A stretch of 32,000 bases of DNA from Methylophaga frappieri (GCF_000260965.1 NC_017856.1:2250001-2282000); one strand, 5' to 3'; positions 1 to 8,805 are shown, counted from the stretch's first letter. The notes: generated by a model from the sequence alone, not told the origin. Made by a program: numbers and translations.

Positions 1-65
1 GGCATGAGTTCTTGCTGTACAGTCAGCGTGACCAAACGTTGTAATTGCAGCAAATCAATTTTCAT
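1..65 (-). CDS. Possible 5' end of a divergently transcribed ORF (partial, runs off the window edge); product unknown
   Basis: The reverse strand has ATG at 63-65, followed by MKIDLLQLQRLVTLTVQQELM with no stop up to the window edge. Only 21 codons are visible and I see no recognisable motif. Confidence 0.2.
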   Translation of the reverse strand, partial: MKIDLLQLQRLVTLTVQQELM

Positions 66-138
66 AAACCAAGTATAGCAGTGATTTGTCAGCCTGCAGC
101 CTGTAAACTGCGCTTAATTAAAACTGCCCCAGTCTGCT

Positions 139-867
139 ATGAGAACATTGCGTTTTTACTATCCTGGTCCCTATTTGTGGGATGCCGAGTTTGAATTACC
201 TGCAGCGATTTGTCGGCATGCGGTGCAAGTATTACGACTCAAAGCGGGCAGTGAAATTCACTTGTTTGACGGTGTGGGTAATGAATATCTTGCCGTACTC
301 ACCTCGGTAGATAAACGATCCAGTTGGGCTCGTCTGGAGCGCCAGTTAGCGGTTCAAAACGAATCACCATTGGCGGTCACCTTGTTGCAAGGCATCTCGC
401 GTGGGGAAAGGATGGATTACGCGATTCAAAAAGCGGTAGAACTTGGCGTCAGTGACATTGTGCCGGTGGTGACTGAACGCTGTAATGTATCGCTTTCTGC
501 AGAACGTGCCGAAAAACGACACCTTCACTGGCAAGGCGTTATGGTCGCCGCCTGTGAACAAAGTGGTCGGGCGGTGTTGCCGGTCTTGCAGTCGGTGCAG
601 CCATTAGAAGAGGCTATTCACACAACAAAAGGCACTTGTCGACTTGTTTTAGACCCGCAATCAGGGCAGTCAATGCAAGCATTAGCAAAGCCTGAAGCTG
701 TGACGCTTCTAATAGGACCAGAGGGAGGGCTGAGTGACCGGGAAGTTGCGCAGGCAGTTGAGGCGGGTTTTACGCCAATTCAATTTGGGCCGCGCGTCTT
801 ACGGACGGAAACGGCCTCAGCAGCGGCGTTAGCGGTTGTTCAGGCTTTGTGGGGAGATTTGGCATGA
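139..867 (+). CDS. rsmE: 16S rRNA (uracil1498-N3)-methyltransferase RsmE
   Basis: The ORF is 242 aa, the typical RsmE length. The C-terminal SPOUT-type motif LLIGPEGGLSDREV...GPRVLRTETA is present, and overall it resembles the E. coli RsmE pattern as I recall it. Confidence 0.88.
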   Translation: MRTLRFYYPGPYLWDAEFELPAAICRHAVQVLRLKAGSEIHLFDGVGNEYLAVLTSVDKRSSWARLERQLAVQNESPLAVTLLQGISRGERMDYAIQKAVELGVSDIVPVVTERCNVSLSAERAEKRHLHWQGVMVAACEQSGRAVLPVLQSVQPLEEAIHTTKGTCRLVLDPQSGQSMQALAKPEAVTLLIGPEGGLSDREVAQAVEAGFTPIQFGPRVLRTETASAAALAVVQALWGDLA

Positions 868-1178
868 CTGACAGCAGCATCATTTTAATTTGTTTGGCGG
901 TAATAGGTTGGTTCTGGTGGGATAGCCGCGGCGTTGCCGAGCATGCAACGCGCGTCGCTAAACAATATTGCCAATCAATGCATGTCAGCTTTCTCAATGA
1001 TACGGTGGCTTGGAAGAAAGTCCGTCTCAAGCGTAATCCGAAAGGTCGGGTGACACTTGAGCGGAGTTATTTCTTTGAGTTCACCAGTGATGGCAGTTTG
1101 CGCTATCGGGGAGAGGTCGTGATGTTAGGCAAACGGGTTAAATCTGTGAGTCTTGACCCTCACCGCATGGCAGGTTAA
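864..1178 (+). CDS. DUF3301 family small membrane protein
   Basis: An N-terminal TM helix (IILICLAVIGWFWW) is followed by a DSRG..A...A...C...L.DDTVA..K.RL.R...G...LER.Y.FEF pattern, characteristic of DUF3301 as I recall it. I chose ATG 864, which overlaps the rsmE stop as ATGA, over the GTG at 849. Confidence 0.7.
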   Translation: MTDSSIILICLAVIGWFWWDSRGVAEHATRVAKQYCQSMHVSFLNDTVAWKKVRLKRNPKGRVTLERSYFFEFTSDGSLRYRGEVVMLGKRVKSVSLDPHRMAG

Positions 1179-2062
1179 TGGTACTGATGTCGACACCGCC
1201 GCAAGTGATGACGCGCCAGTCTGCTTTACAAAAGGCCATTGAAATACTGGGAACACAACCGATTGCTCGCCAAGATGCCGAAACTTTACTGTGTCATGTA
1301 CTCGGCTGTACGCCCACCAGTCTTATCAGTCACAGCGAATCCTGGCTGACCGAATCACAATGGCAGCAGTTTCAGGCGTTGCTTGGCCAGCGTCAGCTTG
1401 GTCATCCGATCGCATACTTAACTCAGGAGCGCGGCTTTTGGGATATGAATTTACAGGTGTCGCCGGCGACATTGATTCCGCGTCCTGATACAGAGTTACT
1501 GGTGGCGCAAGCCTTAGAAAAAATCCCGAAAAATGCGTTTTGCGCTGATATTGGTACCGGCACCGGTGCGATTGCCCTGGCAATGGCGGGTGAACGCCCT
1601 GACAGCTATTGGCTGGCGTGTGACTTGTATGCAGCGACCTTGCAGATTGCAGTGGCAAATGCACGTCGCAATCAACGTGATAATGTACATTTTGTGCAAG
1701 GCGATTTAGCCAACATGCTGGCCTGCGAAAGTCTGGACCTGTGTGTCAGTAACCCACCTTATATTGCTGACGCTGATCCGCATCTAATGCAAGGTGATTT
1801 ACGCTTTGAGCCTCGCCATGCGCTGGCATCAGGGCAGGATGGCTTGGACGCCATTCGGTTACTTGTTCAGCAGGCTTACCGTGTCCTCAAACCACAAGGC
1901 TGGCTGATGATTGAACATGGCTGGCAGCAAGCCGCGGCCGTTCAGGCGTTATTCAGACAGGCCGGATTTACTGAAATCACGGCTTGTCAGGACTTTGGTG
2001 GACAGGATCGGCTTGTGATTGGCCGCAAAAGACGCGTCGATACGGTAAAATCAGACTCATGA
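1178..2062 (+). CDS. prmC: Peptide chain release factor N5-glutamine methyltransferase PrmC (HemK)
   Basis: The SAM-binding motif DIGTGTGAIAL and the catalytic NPPY motif (VSNPPYI) are present. The ATG overlaps the upstream TAA by 1 nt (TAATG). Confidence 0.9.
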   Translation: MVLMSTPPQVMTRQSALQKAIEILGTQPIARQDAETLLCHVLGCTPTSLISHSESWLTESQWQQFQALLGQRQLGHPIAYLTQERGFWDMNLQVSPATLIPRPDTELLVAQALEKIPKNAFCADIGTGTGAIALAMAGERPDSYWLACDLYAATLQIAVANARRNQRDNVHFVQGDLANMLACESLDLCVSNPPYIADADPHLMQGDLRFEPRHALASGQDGLDAIRLLVQQAYRVLKPQGWLMIEHGWQQAAAVQALFRQAGFTEITACQDFGGQDRLVIGRKRRVDTVKSDS

Positions 2063-2820
2063 ATGACCAGCAGTTGTTACGTTATGGCAGGCATATTTTG
2101 TTGCCGCACCTGGAATATGAGGGTCAGCAACGCTTGCTGGCCAGTCGTGTCATGGTTATTGGTCTTGGTGGTCTTGGGTCGCCGGTGGCTTTATATCTGG
2201 CTGCAAGTGGTGTCGGCGAGCTGGTTTTGGTTGATGATGACACGGTCGCGTTGTCGAACCTGCAGCGACAAATTCTGCACCAAACAAACTCAGTCGGTGA
2301 GTTAAAGACCGTTTCAGCGGCAGCCCGTCTGTCCGATTTGAACCCCGAAATTAAATTGCAGTTAATTCCCGAGCGGCTCAATGCCGCGCGCTTGCGAGCG
2401 CAATTGGCAAAGACTGATGTCATGGTGGATTGTACAGACAGCTTTGCCAGCCGCTTTTTGCTGAATCAGCTCTCTCAAGAAACAAAAACGCCTTTGGTCT
2501 CTGCCGCCGCAATCCGCTGGGAGGCGCATATCACGGTGTTTGACCCCCGCGAGGCAACGGCAGGCTGTTATCGATGCTTGTACAATGATGAACAAGCCGA
2601 TACCGAACAGCGTTGTGCCGAGAGTGGTGTGTTATCACCTTTACTGGGCGTCATGGGGAGTTTGCAGGCCGTGGAAACGATTAAATTACTGACGGCCAGT
2701 GGTCAGACCTTAACGGGACGAATGCTGGTCGTGGATGCGTTAACAATGCAGCTGCGGGAAATTCGCTTGTCGCCCGATCCTGCTTGTCCGGTTTGTCAGT
2801 CGTCAGGAAAAAAACTATGA
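2059..2820 (+). CDS. moeB: MoeB/ThiF-family adenylyltransferase (molybdopterin-synthase adenylyltransferase-like E1)
   Basis: The protein starts MNDQQLLRYGRHILLP. It has the Rossmann motif GLGGLGSPVALYLAASGVGELVLVDDD and two CxxC pairs (CYRC, CPVC) for the structural Zn. ATG 2059 overlaps the prmC stop (ATGA). The 25 upstream codons of the tracked ORF lie inside prmC. Confidence 0.85.
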   Translation: MNDQQLLRYGRHILLPHLEYEGQQRLLASRVMVIGLGGLGSPVALYLAASGVGELVLVDDDTVALSNLQRQILHQTNSVGELKTVSAAARLSDLNPEIKLQLIPERLNAARLRAQLAKTDVMVDCTDSFASRFLLNQLSQETKTPLVSAAAIRWEAHITVFDPREATAGCYRCLYNDEQADTEQRCAESGVLSPLLGVMGSLQAVETIKLLTASGQTLTGRMLVVDALTMQLREIRLSPDPACPVCQSSGKKL

Positions 2821-3227
2821 CAATAAAACAGAGTGTGCGGCTTTCTCGGCCATTGGTAAATGCCTTACTTCACGAGGCGCAGATTTCATCAGACAAAACG
2901 ATTGCGGGTCTGGTGACGCAAAGAGAAAGCACGTTTCGTTGCCAGCCAATTCAGGCGCAATCGGATGGTGCAGGGGTATTTTTCGCCATTAGTGCGGCAG
3001 AGCGGCGTGTGGCGATTCAAGCCGCGGAACAACAAGGTGGCCAATTGTTTGCCGTCTATCAATCTTATCCGAAAGCACCGGCTTTGCCGGCGGTAACCGA
3101 TGCTGACGTAGCTGGCCTGCCAGAAACGTTATATCTGGTTATCTCGCTGAATACGAAAGGTGTGTTGGAAATGCGTGGGTTTCAACGGCAAGCAAACCAA
3201 CTGGAAGAAGTGGATTTAATGATATGA
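2817..3227 (+). CDS. Small MPN/JAMM (Mov34)-like protein with degenerate catalytic motif
   Basis: The 136-aa ORF overlaps moeB (ATGA) and pmbA (ATGA). Its layout resembles bacterial Mov34/MPN proteins: AGLV where E-x-CG-L is expected, AVYQSYPKAPALPAVTDAD where G-x-YHSHP...PSxxD is expected, then LYLVISL. The family call comes from pattern memory only. Confidence 0.5.
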   Translation: MTIKQSVRLSRPLVNALLHEAQISSDKTIAGLVTQRESTFRCQPIQAQSDGAGVFFAISAAERRVAIQAAEQQGGQLFAVYQSYPKAPALPAVTDADVAGLPETLYLVISLNTKGVLEMRGFQRQANQLEEVDLMI

Positions 3228-4549
3228 GTGATTACAACGAAGCAGCGTTGATAGAAGCTGCTGACATTGCCCTGCAACATGCCCGTAAATTGGGCGCCAG
3301 CGAAGCGGAAGTCGGCGTTTCCTTTGGCCGAGGCCTATCAATCTCGGTTAGGCAGGCCGAAATCGAGACACTTGAGCATAATAATGACACTGGCTTAGCG
3401 GTAACGGTGTTTTTGGGGAAAAGTAAAGCCTCAGCCAGCACGTCCGATTTACGCCCTGAAGCCATTCAGGAAGCGGTTGCAATGGCTTGTAATATTGCAC
3501 GCTTTACTCAGGAAGATGCCTATGCTGGCTTGCCTGAAGCCAGTTTGATGGCGACCACCTTTCCGGATCTATCGCTTTATCATCCGTGGGATATTAGTCC
3601 TGACGCGGCGATTGAATTGGCGATGCAATGTGAGCAGGCAGGTCGCGATGTAGATAGCCGTATTTCCAATTCTGAAGGCGCCAGTGTTTCTACTCATGAA
3701 GGACTTCGTGTGTATGGAAACAGCCATGGCTTTATTGGCAGCAGAGCGTCCAGTCAACACAGCATTGGTTGTTCGTTGATTGCCAAGGATGCTACCGGCA
3801 TGCAGCGGGATTATTGGTACGATCAGGCCCGCCGCGCAGCGGATCTTCAGGATGTCGTTACGATCGGTAAACGGGCGGCACAGCGCACCTTGGCACGCTT
3901 ATCACCACAAACGGTGACTACCGGGCATTACCCGGTGTTATTTTCAGCAGAGATTGCCGGCAGTTTGTTTGGTCAGTTGATAGCAGCAATTCGCGGTGGT
4001 GCGTTGTATCGTCAATCGAGTTTCCTGCTCGATAAACTGGGCAAACAGATTTTTCCTGAATTTATGCACATTCATGAGCAGCCACATTTACCGACCGCCA
4101 TGGGTAGTGCCAGCTTTGATGCCGAAGGGGTGGCAACGCAGGCGCGCGATATTATTCGAGATGGCATTTTGCAAGGCTATGTGCTCGATACCTATTCCGC
4201 CAGAAAATTGGGCATGCAAACGACGGCAAACGCAGGCGGTGTGCACAATCTGACGGTTGCGCCGGGGCCAATGGACTTTGAGGGCTTGCTAAAACAAATG
4301 GACACTGGTGTTATCGTCACAGAAACCATGGGCATGGGGACCAATATTGTGACTGGTGATTACTCTCAGGGTGCTGCCGGTTTCTGGGTAGAAAACGGAA
4401 CAATCCAGCATGCGATTGATGAATTTACGATTGCGGGCTCCTTGCAATCCATGTTTAAAGATATTGTTGCGGTTGGCAATGATGTGGATTTACGTGGCAA
4501 TACGCGCAGTGGTTCCGTTCTTATTCAACAGATGATGGTAGCTGCTTAG
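3224..4549 (+). CDS. pmbA: Metalloprotease PmbA (TldE), TldD/PmbA family
   Basis: At 441 aa it has the typical length. The N-terminus (ALQHARKLGASEAEV) and the C-terminal GDYSQGAAGFWVENG region are characteristic of PmbA/TldD proteins. Confidence 0.88.
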   Translation: MSDYNEAALIEAADIALQHARKLGASEAEVGVSFGRGLSISVRQAEIETLEHNNDTGLAVTVFLGKSKASASTSDLRPEAIQEAVAMACNIARFTQEDAYAGLPEASLMATTFPDLSLYHPWDISPDAAIELAMQCEQAGRDVDSRISNSEGASVSTHEGLRVYGNSHGFIGSRASSQHSIGCSLIAKDATGMQRDYWYDQARRAADLQDVVTIGKRAAQRTLARLSPQTVTTGHYPVLFSAEIAGSLFGQLIAAIRGGALYRQSSFLLDKLGKQIFPEFMHIHEQPHLPTAMGSASFDAEGVATQARDIIRDGILQGYVLDTYSARKLGMQTTANAGGVHNLTVAPGPMDFEGLLKQMDTGVIVTETMGMGTNIVTGDYSQGAAGFWVENGTIQHAIDEFTIAGSLQSMFKDIVAVGNDVDLRGNTRSGSVLIQQMMVAA

Positions 4550-4559
4550 GGTTGCTGAT

Positions 4560-6731
4560 TTATTGCGCCAAGTCGTCAATTAAGCATGTGATATCAGTTA
4601 AATGCGCAACAGCAAATAAGCGGCTCAGTGTTTCGCGTAGTTGTTTGACCTTATGGCTATTGTGTTGGCGTAATGCAGTCAGTTGTTGCTGTAAATCGGT
4701 TGATTTTGACCATGTCCCTGACTTGACCGGAGCAAGGTGGCAGTGAAAAACATATTGTTCCTCGGCGGCGATCGCCCGCCGAAGCAGGACTTTTCCGGCT
4801 GGACTTGCTAACGGTGGATCAGTCTGAATTTGCCATCCTTGACCCGCATTTCGAAATACAACAATCAAAGCGTTCCAGCTTTGTTGTTGTTCGGTCAGTG
4901 GTAATTTAATTTCTGCTGTGAGTCGGCCAGCGTGATCATTGATGGCGGACCAAAGCGGCATTTTTTCTGCTGCCTGGTTGATTTCTGAACTGGCGACAGA
5001 TTGAAGGAGACGATTATTTTGACTGTCCAAACCAAAATATAACAAGGTGTCATGTAGATGTTGACGAAGGGTGTCAGCAAAAAGACGGCTCGTAGTGTGC
5101 AGGAATTTATCTGCATGACAAAGCCGTAAAGTAGGTCGATTTTTGCGCATGACATCGATAAAAAACGTATTAACGGCAGTCGTGCAACTTGACGTAATAC
5201 GTTTGAGCCCAAGGCGTGTTTGCCCCTGCCATTGTGACTGATTTCGAACTTCATAGGGTAAGTTGGTCAGTTTGAGTTTGGTTTGCCCCTGCCAACGAAC
5301 AAAATCGAGATTAACCCGGCTGCCAATGGTCAGGTTGATGTGACTTGGAATTTGTAAAGAAACCCCTGCAATCGAAACTTCTTCAGAAACATATTCACCA
5401 ACATGATCGGGTAAGTGCAGCCGCACTGGCGTCCGAATTTGGTAACGTTCCTCATGACGTTCAAGGTGCAGAACCAAGGGTTGCGGCTCAGGCATGGTTT
5501 GGCTTTTTTCAAGCAATTTCTGGGCGGCATGGGATGAGCTACGACGCTTGATTAGAGCAATCAACCCATCAAGTTGTGTGATTTGAAAAAGATGTTGGCA
5601 TTGTGATAGCTGCGCCACCAATTGCGAAGTGGTCTCAGGTTGAAGCTCCTGTAATGGAAGAAACGCCTGCTGAACAGTATCGGTGTCGAAGGTTGTTGGC
5701 TGTTGTTGAACCCAAAACAGTTTATCCTCAACCGTCAAGCTGGATAACCATGATGACAGGTCATCATGATGTTGCAGATCGCGGATCTGCAGTTCCCCAG
5801 AGGGGGTAAGCACCATGATGAAAGATTGACTGGCATTCCACGTCTCAAATGTGGATTTTTGCTCGGAAAGCAAGGTAAAGAGATCATTAGCCAGCGTCTT
5901 CATTTCTGGCTGAGCATGAATAAAAATTGGCCGACTTGCAGCATCGGGACACCATAACAAGAGCTGCGGCAAAGACTGGCAATAAAGACGAAGTAAGTAT
6001 TCGCTGGCAAGATTACTTAAATCATTGTCCAGATCTAATAGGTTTTCAGCATGTTGTTGGCTTATCCAGTCAGTCAGCCAATTCTCTAGTACTTTGTTCT
6101 TATCCGGATTGAGAAGAATAACCGCTTGGGTGTAGCGCGCATCGTGTGAGACCTTAAGAAGACGACAAGCAATATCGGTCAATAAGCCTTCGGGCGCACT
6201 TTCCTGGAGAGCAGGTAAACTTAACCATAAAGATTGGCCCGCTGAAATCTGATGGGCGCGTCGCATTGATATCCGAATAGCCGTTGCGCTGATATTCAAC
6301 GTGCCGGCATGGTATTGCACTTCACCGGTATCTATTAAGACGCTGGTAGTCAAGTTCAGTCTCGGTTCCTGCCGACTGATTAAATGATCAAAAGAAACCA
6401 GGTTAATGTTGTTTGCGGGCTGCGCGATTGCAACGGAGCGCGCTGTCTGCTGAGCTCCATTATCCTGTTCCAACAAGCGCTTTAACGCCTTTTGCCATCG
6501 TTCGTAAACACCAATTGTAAATTGATTGTGATTTTGCTCTAACAGGCTTTTAAGCAAGACATAGCTACGATCATCCAGATAATGAACTCGGTCACCCATT
6601 TGATAAGCCTGACACTCTCCGGGGACACGTCCACGGAGATCGATGTGGCGTAAGCAAGGTTTTTGCAGGCGCTGACGTTCCAGCTGCTCCAGAAAAAGTT
6701 TGTTTTGTTCGCGGCTAGAGGATTGCGCCAT
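4560..6731 (-). CDS. Large (723 aa) protein of unknown function with two PilZ-like modules
   Basis: The ORF is long and uninterrupted. PilZ-type signatures are RQEPR (aa 120-124) with NISATA (146-151), and RHEER (425-429) with EVSIAG (451-456). The ATG lies 3 nt downstream of the bolA-family stop. I recognise nothing in the rest of the protein. Confidence 0.7.
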   Translation of the reverse strand: MAQSSSREQNKLFLEQLERQRLQKPCLRHIDLRGRVPGECQAYQMGDRVHYLDDRSYVLLKSLLEQNHNQFTIGVYERWQKALKRLLEQDNGAQQTARSVAIAQPANNINLVSFDHLISRQEPRLNLTTSVLIDTGEVQYHAGTLNISATAIRISMRRAHQISAGQSLWLSLPALQESAPEGLLTDIACRLLKVSHDARYTQAVILLNPDKNKVLENWLTDWISQQHAENLLDLDNDLSNLASEYLLRLYCQSLPQLLLWCPDAASRPIFIHAQPEMKTLANDLFTLLSEQKSTFETWNASQSFIMVLTPSGELQIRDLQHHDDLSSWLSSLTVEDKLFWVQQQPTTFDTDTVQQAFLPLQELQPETTSQLVAQLSQCQHLFQITQLDGLIALIKRRSSSHAAQKLLEKSQTMPEPQPLVLHLERHEERYQIRTPVRLHLPDHVGEYVSEEVSIAGVSLQIPSHINLTIGSRVNLDFVRWQGQTKLKLTNLPYEVRNQSQWQGQTRLGLKRITSSCTTAVNTFFIDVMRKNRPTLRLCHADKFLHTTSRLFADTLRQHLHDTLLYFGLDSQNNRLLQSVASSEINQAAEKMPLWSAINDHAGRLTAEIKLPLTEQQQSWNALIVVFRNAGQGWQIQTDPPLASPAGKVLLRRAIAAEEQYVFHCHLAPVKSGTWSKSTDLQQQLTALRQHNSHKVKQLRETLSRLFAVAHLTDITCLIDDLAQ

Positions 6732-6734
6732 ACA

Positions 6735-7001
6735 TCAGTTAAGCCACTCAGCTGGCGTTTTGGCCTGAATACTGAGGGCGTGGATGGAGGATTGCATCAT
6801 ATCGCCAACCGCGTCAAAGACCAGACGGTGACGTTTTAAGGGTAATAATCCTGTAAATGCTTCGCTGACAATCAGGATTTTGAAATGGCCACCGCCTGTA
6901 TTGCCAGCATGGCCCGCGTGCAAATGACTTTCATCGATGATTTCCAGTTTATCTGGAGATAAAGCCATCAATCGCTGTTTTAATTTCTCTTCGGTACTCA
7001 T
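6735..7001 (-). CDS. BolA family protein
   Basis: The 88-aa product carries [14 protein letters not shown]...[13 protein letters not shown]...RHRLV...[14 protein letters not shown], which matches the BolA/IbaG family pattern. It overlaps the yciI stop by 4 nt. Confidence 0.85.
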   Translation of the reverse strand: MSTEEKLKQRLMALSPDKLEIIDESHLHAGHAGNTGGGHFKILIVSEAFTGLLPLKRHRLVFDAVGDMMQSSIHALSIQAKTPAEWLN

Positions 7002-7297
7002 GGTAAAACCGGCCGAAAAGGCTTTACTGTCACTTGTGCGTAGACATCTGCTTTCACATAGGGATCATCATTAGCCCAGCGCCGGGCCTCATCTAAATCA
7101 TCAAATTCTGCAACAACCAAACTCCCGGTAAAACCTGCTTCACCGGGATCTTCAGAATCCACCGCCGGATGCGGGCCGGCAAGCAATAGTCTTCCTTGTT
7201 GTTGTAATTGTTGTAGCCTTGCTAAATGATCGGGCCGCGCCGCCAGTCGTTGATTGAGACGGTTAGGCTTATCTTCACTGATGATCGCATACCACAT
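6998..7297 (-). CDS. yciI: YciI family protein
   Basis: The 99-aa product has the YciI-like pattern MWYAI...[12 protein letters not shown]......GRLLLAGP...D.....GSL.V.EF....A..WA..DPY. It lies next to yciB, as in enterobacteria. Confidence 0.82.
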   Translation of the reverse strand: MWYAIISEDKPNRLNQRLAARPDHLARLQQLQQQGRLLLAGPHPAVDSEDPGEAGFTGSLVVAEFDDLDEARRWANDDPYVKADVYAQVTVKPFRPVLP

Positions 7298-7890
7298 CAG
7301 TTTGAGCCTCCAGATTTAGGTAATTCTGTGGCATGTTTGGCTAGATAGAGTGACTGGGCAACAATGAAAACCAAAGTTAACCCCAGCATGCCAAATAGTT
7401 TGAAGTTAACCCACGTTTCTTCTGAAAAACCATACGCAACATATAGGTTTAAGATGCCTGAGCCAATAAAAAATAAAATCCAGGCAATATTCAGTCGGTT
7501 CCAGATGGCCGCTGGCATCTGCACGTGTTGCCCCATGAGTCGTTCTAATAACGTTTTATCGGTAAACAATTGAGCGCCAATGAATCCGGCGGCAAACAAC
7601 CAGTTGACAGCAGTAGGTTTCCACATGATGAAATCCGGATTTTGCAGCCATAAAGTCGCTGCCCCAAGCACCGTCACAAGGACAAGGGTAACCAGGTGGA
7701 CTTTTTCAACTTTACGATAACGCAACCAGCTGTAGCTGACTTGCATCAGTGTCACGACCATCATTACAGCCGTTGCGGCATAAATACCGGCAACCTCGTA
7801 ACTTTGACCATTAAATTCATAGGTTCCGCCGCCGAATTTATAAGCGACAAAAAATAAAATAATCGGTAGAAAATCGTTGAGTAATTTCAT
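7297..7890 (-). CDS. yciB: Intracellular septation protein A (YciB/IspZ)
   Basis: It starts [19 protein letters not shown] (compare E. coli MKQFLDFLPLVVFFAFYK) and is a polytopic membrane protein. I chose ATG 7890. The 30 upstream codons of the tracked ORF would overlap the divergent trpH start region. Confidence 0.83.
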   Translation of the reverse strand: MKLLNDFLPIILFFVAYKFGGGTYEFNGQSYEVAGIYAATAVMMVVTLMQVSYSWLRYRKVEKVHLVTLVLVTVLGAATLWLQNPDFIMWKPTAVNWLFAAGFIGAQLFTDKTLLERLMGQHVQMPAAIWNRLNIAWILFFIGSGILNLYVAYGFSEETWVNFKLFGMLGLTLVFIVAQSLYLAKHATELPKSGGSN

Positions 7891-7941
7891 AATTGTATTC
7901 TGAGCCTGCGAGAATCTGCATTCTAACGTAAAATTGACTTT

Positions 7942-8793
7942 ATGACTGCCAGCCAGCTTATCTATGACCTGCATTGCCATTCAAATGCTTCCGATGGTGC
8001 CTTGCCACCGGCAGATTTGGTCCATCTTGCCGTTGAAAAAGGGGTTGATGTGTTGGCGTTGACGGATCATGATGGAACGGAAGGAATAATGGCAGCAAGA
8101 CAGGCTGCTGCCAGTTTGCCAATTCAACTTGTGGCTGGCTTGGAAATATCGGTTACCTGGTCACAAACAACCATTCATATCGTGGGTTTACACGTCGATA
8201 TTAACAATACGATGCTGCAGCAGGGACTAGCTCGACTGCGGGATTATCGACGTGATCGAGCGTTGGCGATAGCGCACAGACTGGATAAAGCCGGTATTCC
8301 TGATGCGTATGCCGGGGCCAGTCAGTATGCGTCTGAAACCATGTTAGGGCGAATGCATTTTGCGCAGTTTTTGGTCGATCAAGGTCATGCCAAAGATACC
8401 CGCGACGTGTTTAAACGTTTTTTAGTGCGAAATAAACCGGGCTATGTGCCTGGAAATTGGGCTGATCTGGATCAGGCACTTGACTGGATTCATGGTGCAG
8501 GCGGCCAGGCAGTCATTGCACATCCGGCGCGATACAAAATCACTGCAACCAAATTACGTCGATTAATCGCTGACTTTAAAGCCTGTGGTGGCGAAGGCTT
8601 TGAAGTCTGCTCAGGTAGACAACATGCGGATGAGGTGCGACATCTGGCAACCTTGGCTAACCGACATGAACTATTAGCGTCCTGTGGCAGTGATTTTCAT
8701 AGCCCGGCACAGAGCTGGACGGAATTGGGCAAAATAACGCCTTTACCTGCATCAGTGACCCCGATCTGGTCCAACTGGCCAGTTAGACATTAA
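7942..8793 (+). CDS. trpH: PHP-domain phosphoesterase TrpH/YciV (3',5'-nucleoside bisphosphate phosphatase / RNase AM family)
   Basis: The N-terminal PHP motif YDLHCHSNASDG is present, with LTDHD and AHP downstream. It is followed by yciO, matching the E. coli yciV-yciO order. Confidence 0.85.
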   Translation: MTASQLIYDLHCHSNASDGALPPADLVHLAVEKGVDVLALTDHDGTEGIMAARQAAASLPIQLVAGLEISVTWSQTTIHIVGLHVDINNTMLQQGLARLRDYRRDRALAIAHRLDKAGIPDAYAGASQYASETMLGRMHFAQFLVDQGHAKDTRDVFKRFLVRNKPGYVPGNWADLDQALDWIHGAGGQAVIAHPARYKITATKLRRLIADFKACGGEGFEVCSGRQHADEVRHLATLANRHELLASCGSDFHSPAQSWTELGKITPLPASVTPIWSNWPVRH

Positions 8794-8805
8794 ATTGGAA
8801 TTTTT

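Noticed and set aside
1984-2058. N-terminal extensions of tracked ORFs (moeB from 1984, MPN-like from 2784, DUF3301 from 849, yciB to 7980, FNT to 13648, SDR to 16875, cheR from 16912, DUF4126 to 18442, Nif3 from 18425, yihY from 19152, receiver from 26383)
   Set aside because: Each extension overlaps the neighbouring gene or adds residues that do not resemble the homolog. An internal ATG or TTG gives the family-typical N-terminus, often with an ATGA/TAATG junction or a visible SD (GGAG before 13606, GGGAGG before 18403).
2059-3227. The E1-like plus JAB pair as a bacterial ubiquitin-like conjugation or antiphage (Bil/CBASS-accessory-like) module
   Set aside because: There is no E2-like, ubiquitin-like (beta-grasp) or effector gene nearby. 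The MPN-like protein lacks the JAMM residues. The E1 is a standard short MoeB in the conserved prmC-moeB housekeeping context.
4552-4746. A 64-aa plus-strand ORF just downstream of pmbA
   Set aside because: It lies entirely antisense to the 3' end of the 723-aa gene. It is Cys/Leu-rich with no SD and is likely spurious.
7891-7941. A short inverted repeat (ATTCT...AGAAT) in the yciB/trpH divergent promoter region as an operator
   Set aside because: Only 5 bp are complementary at each end, which is indistinguishable from chance.
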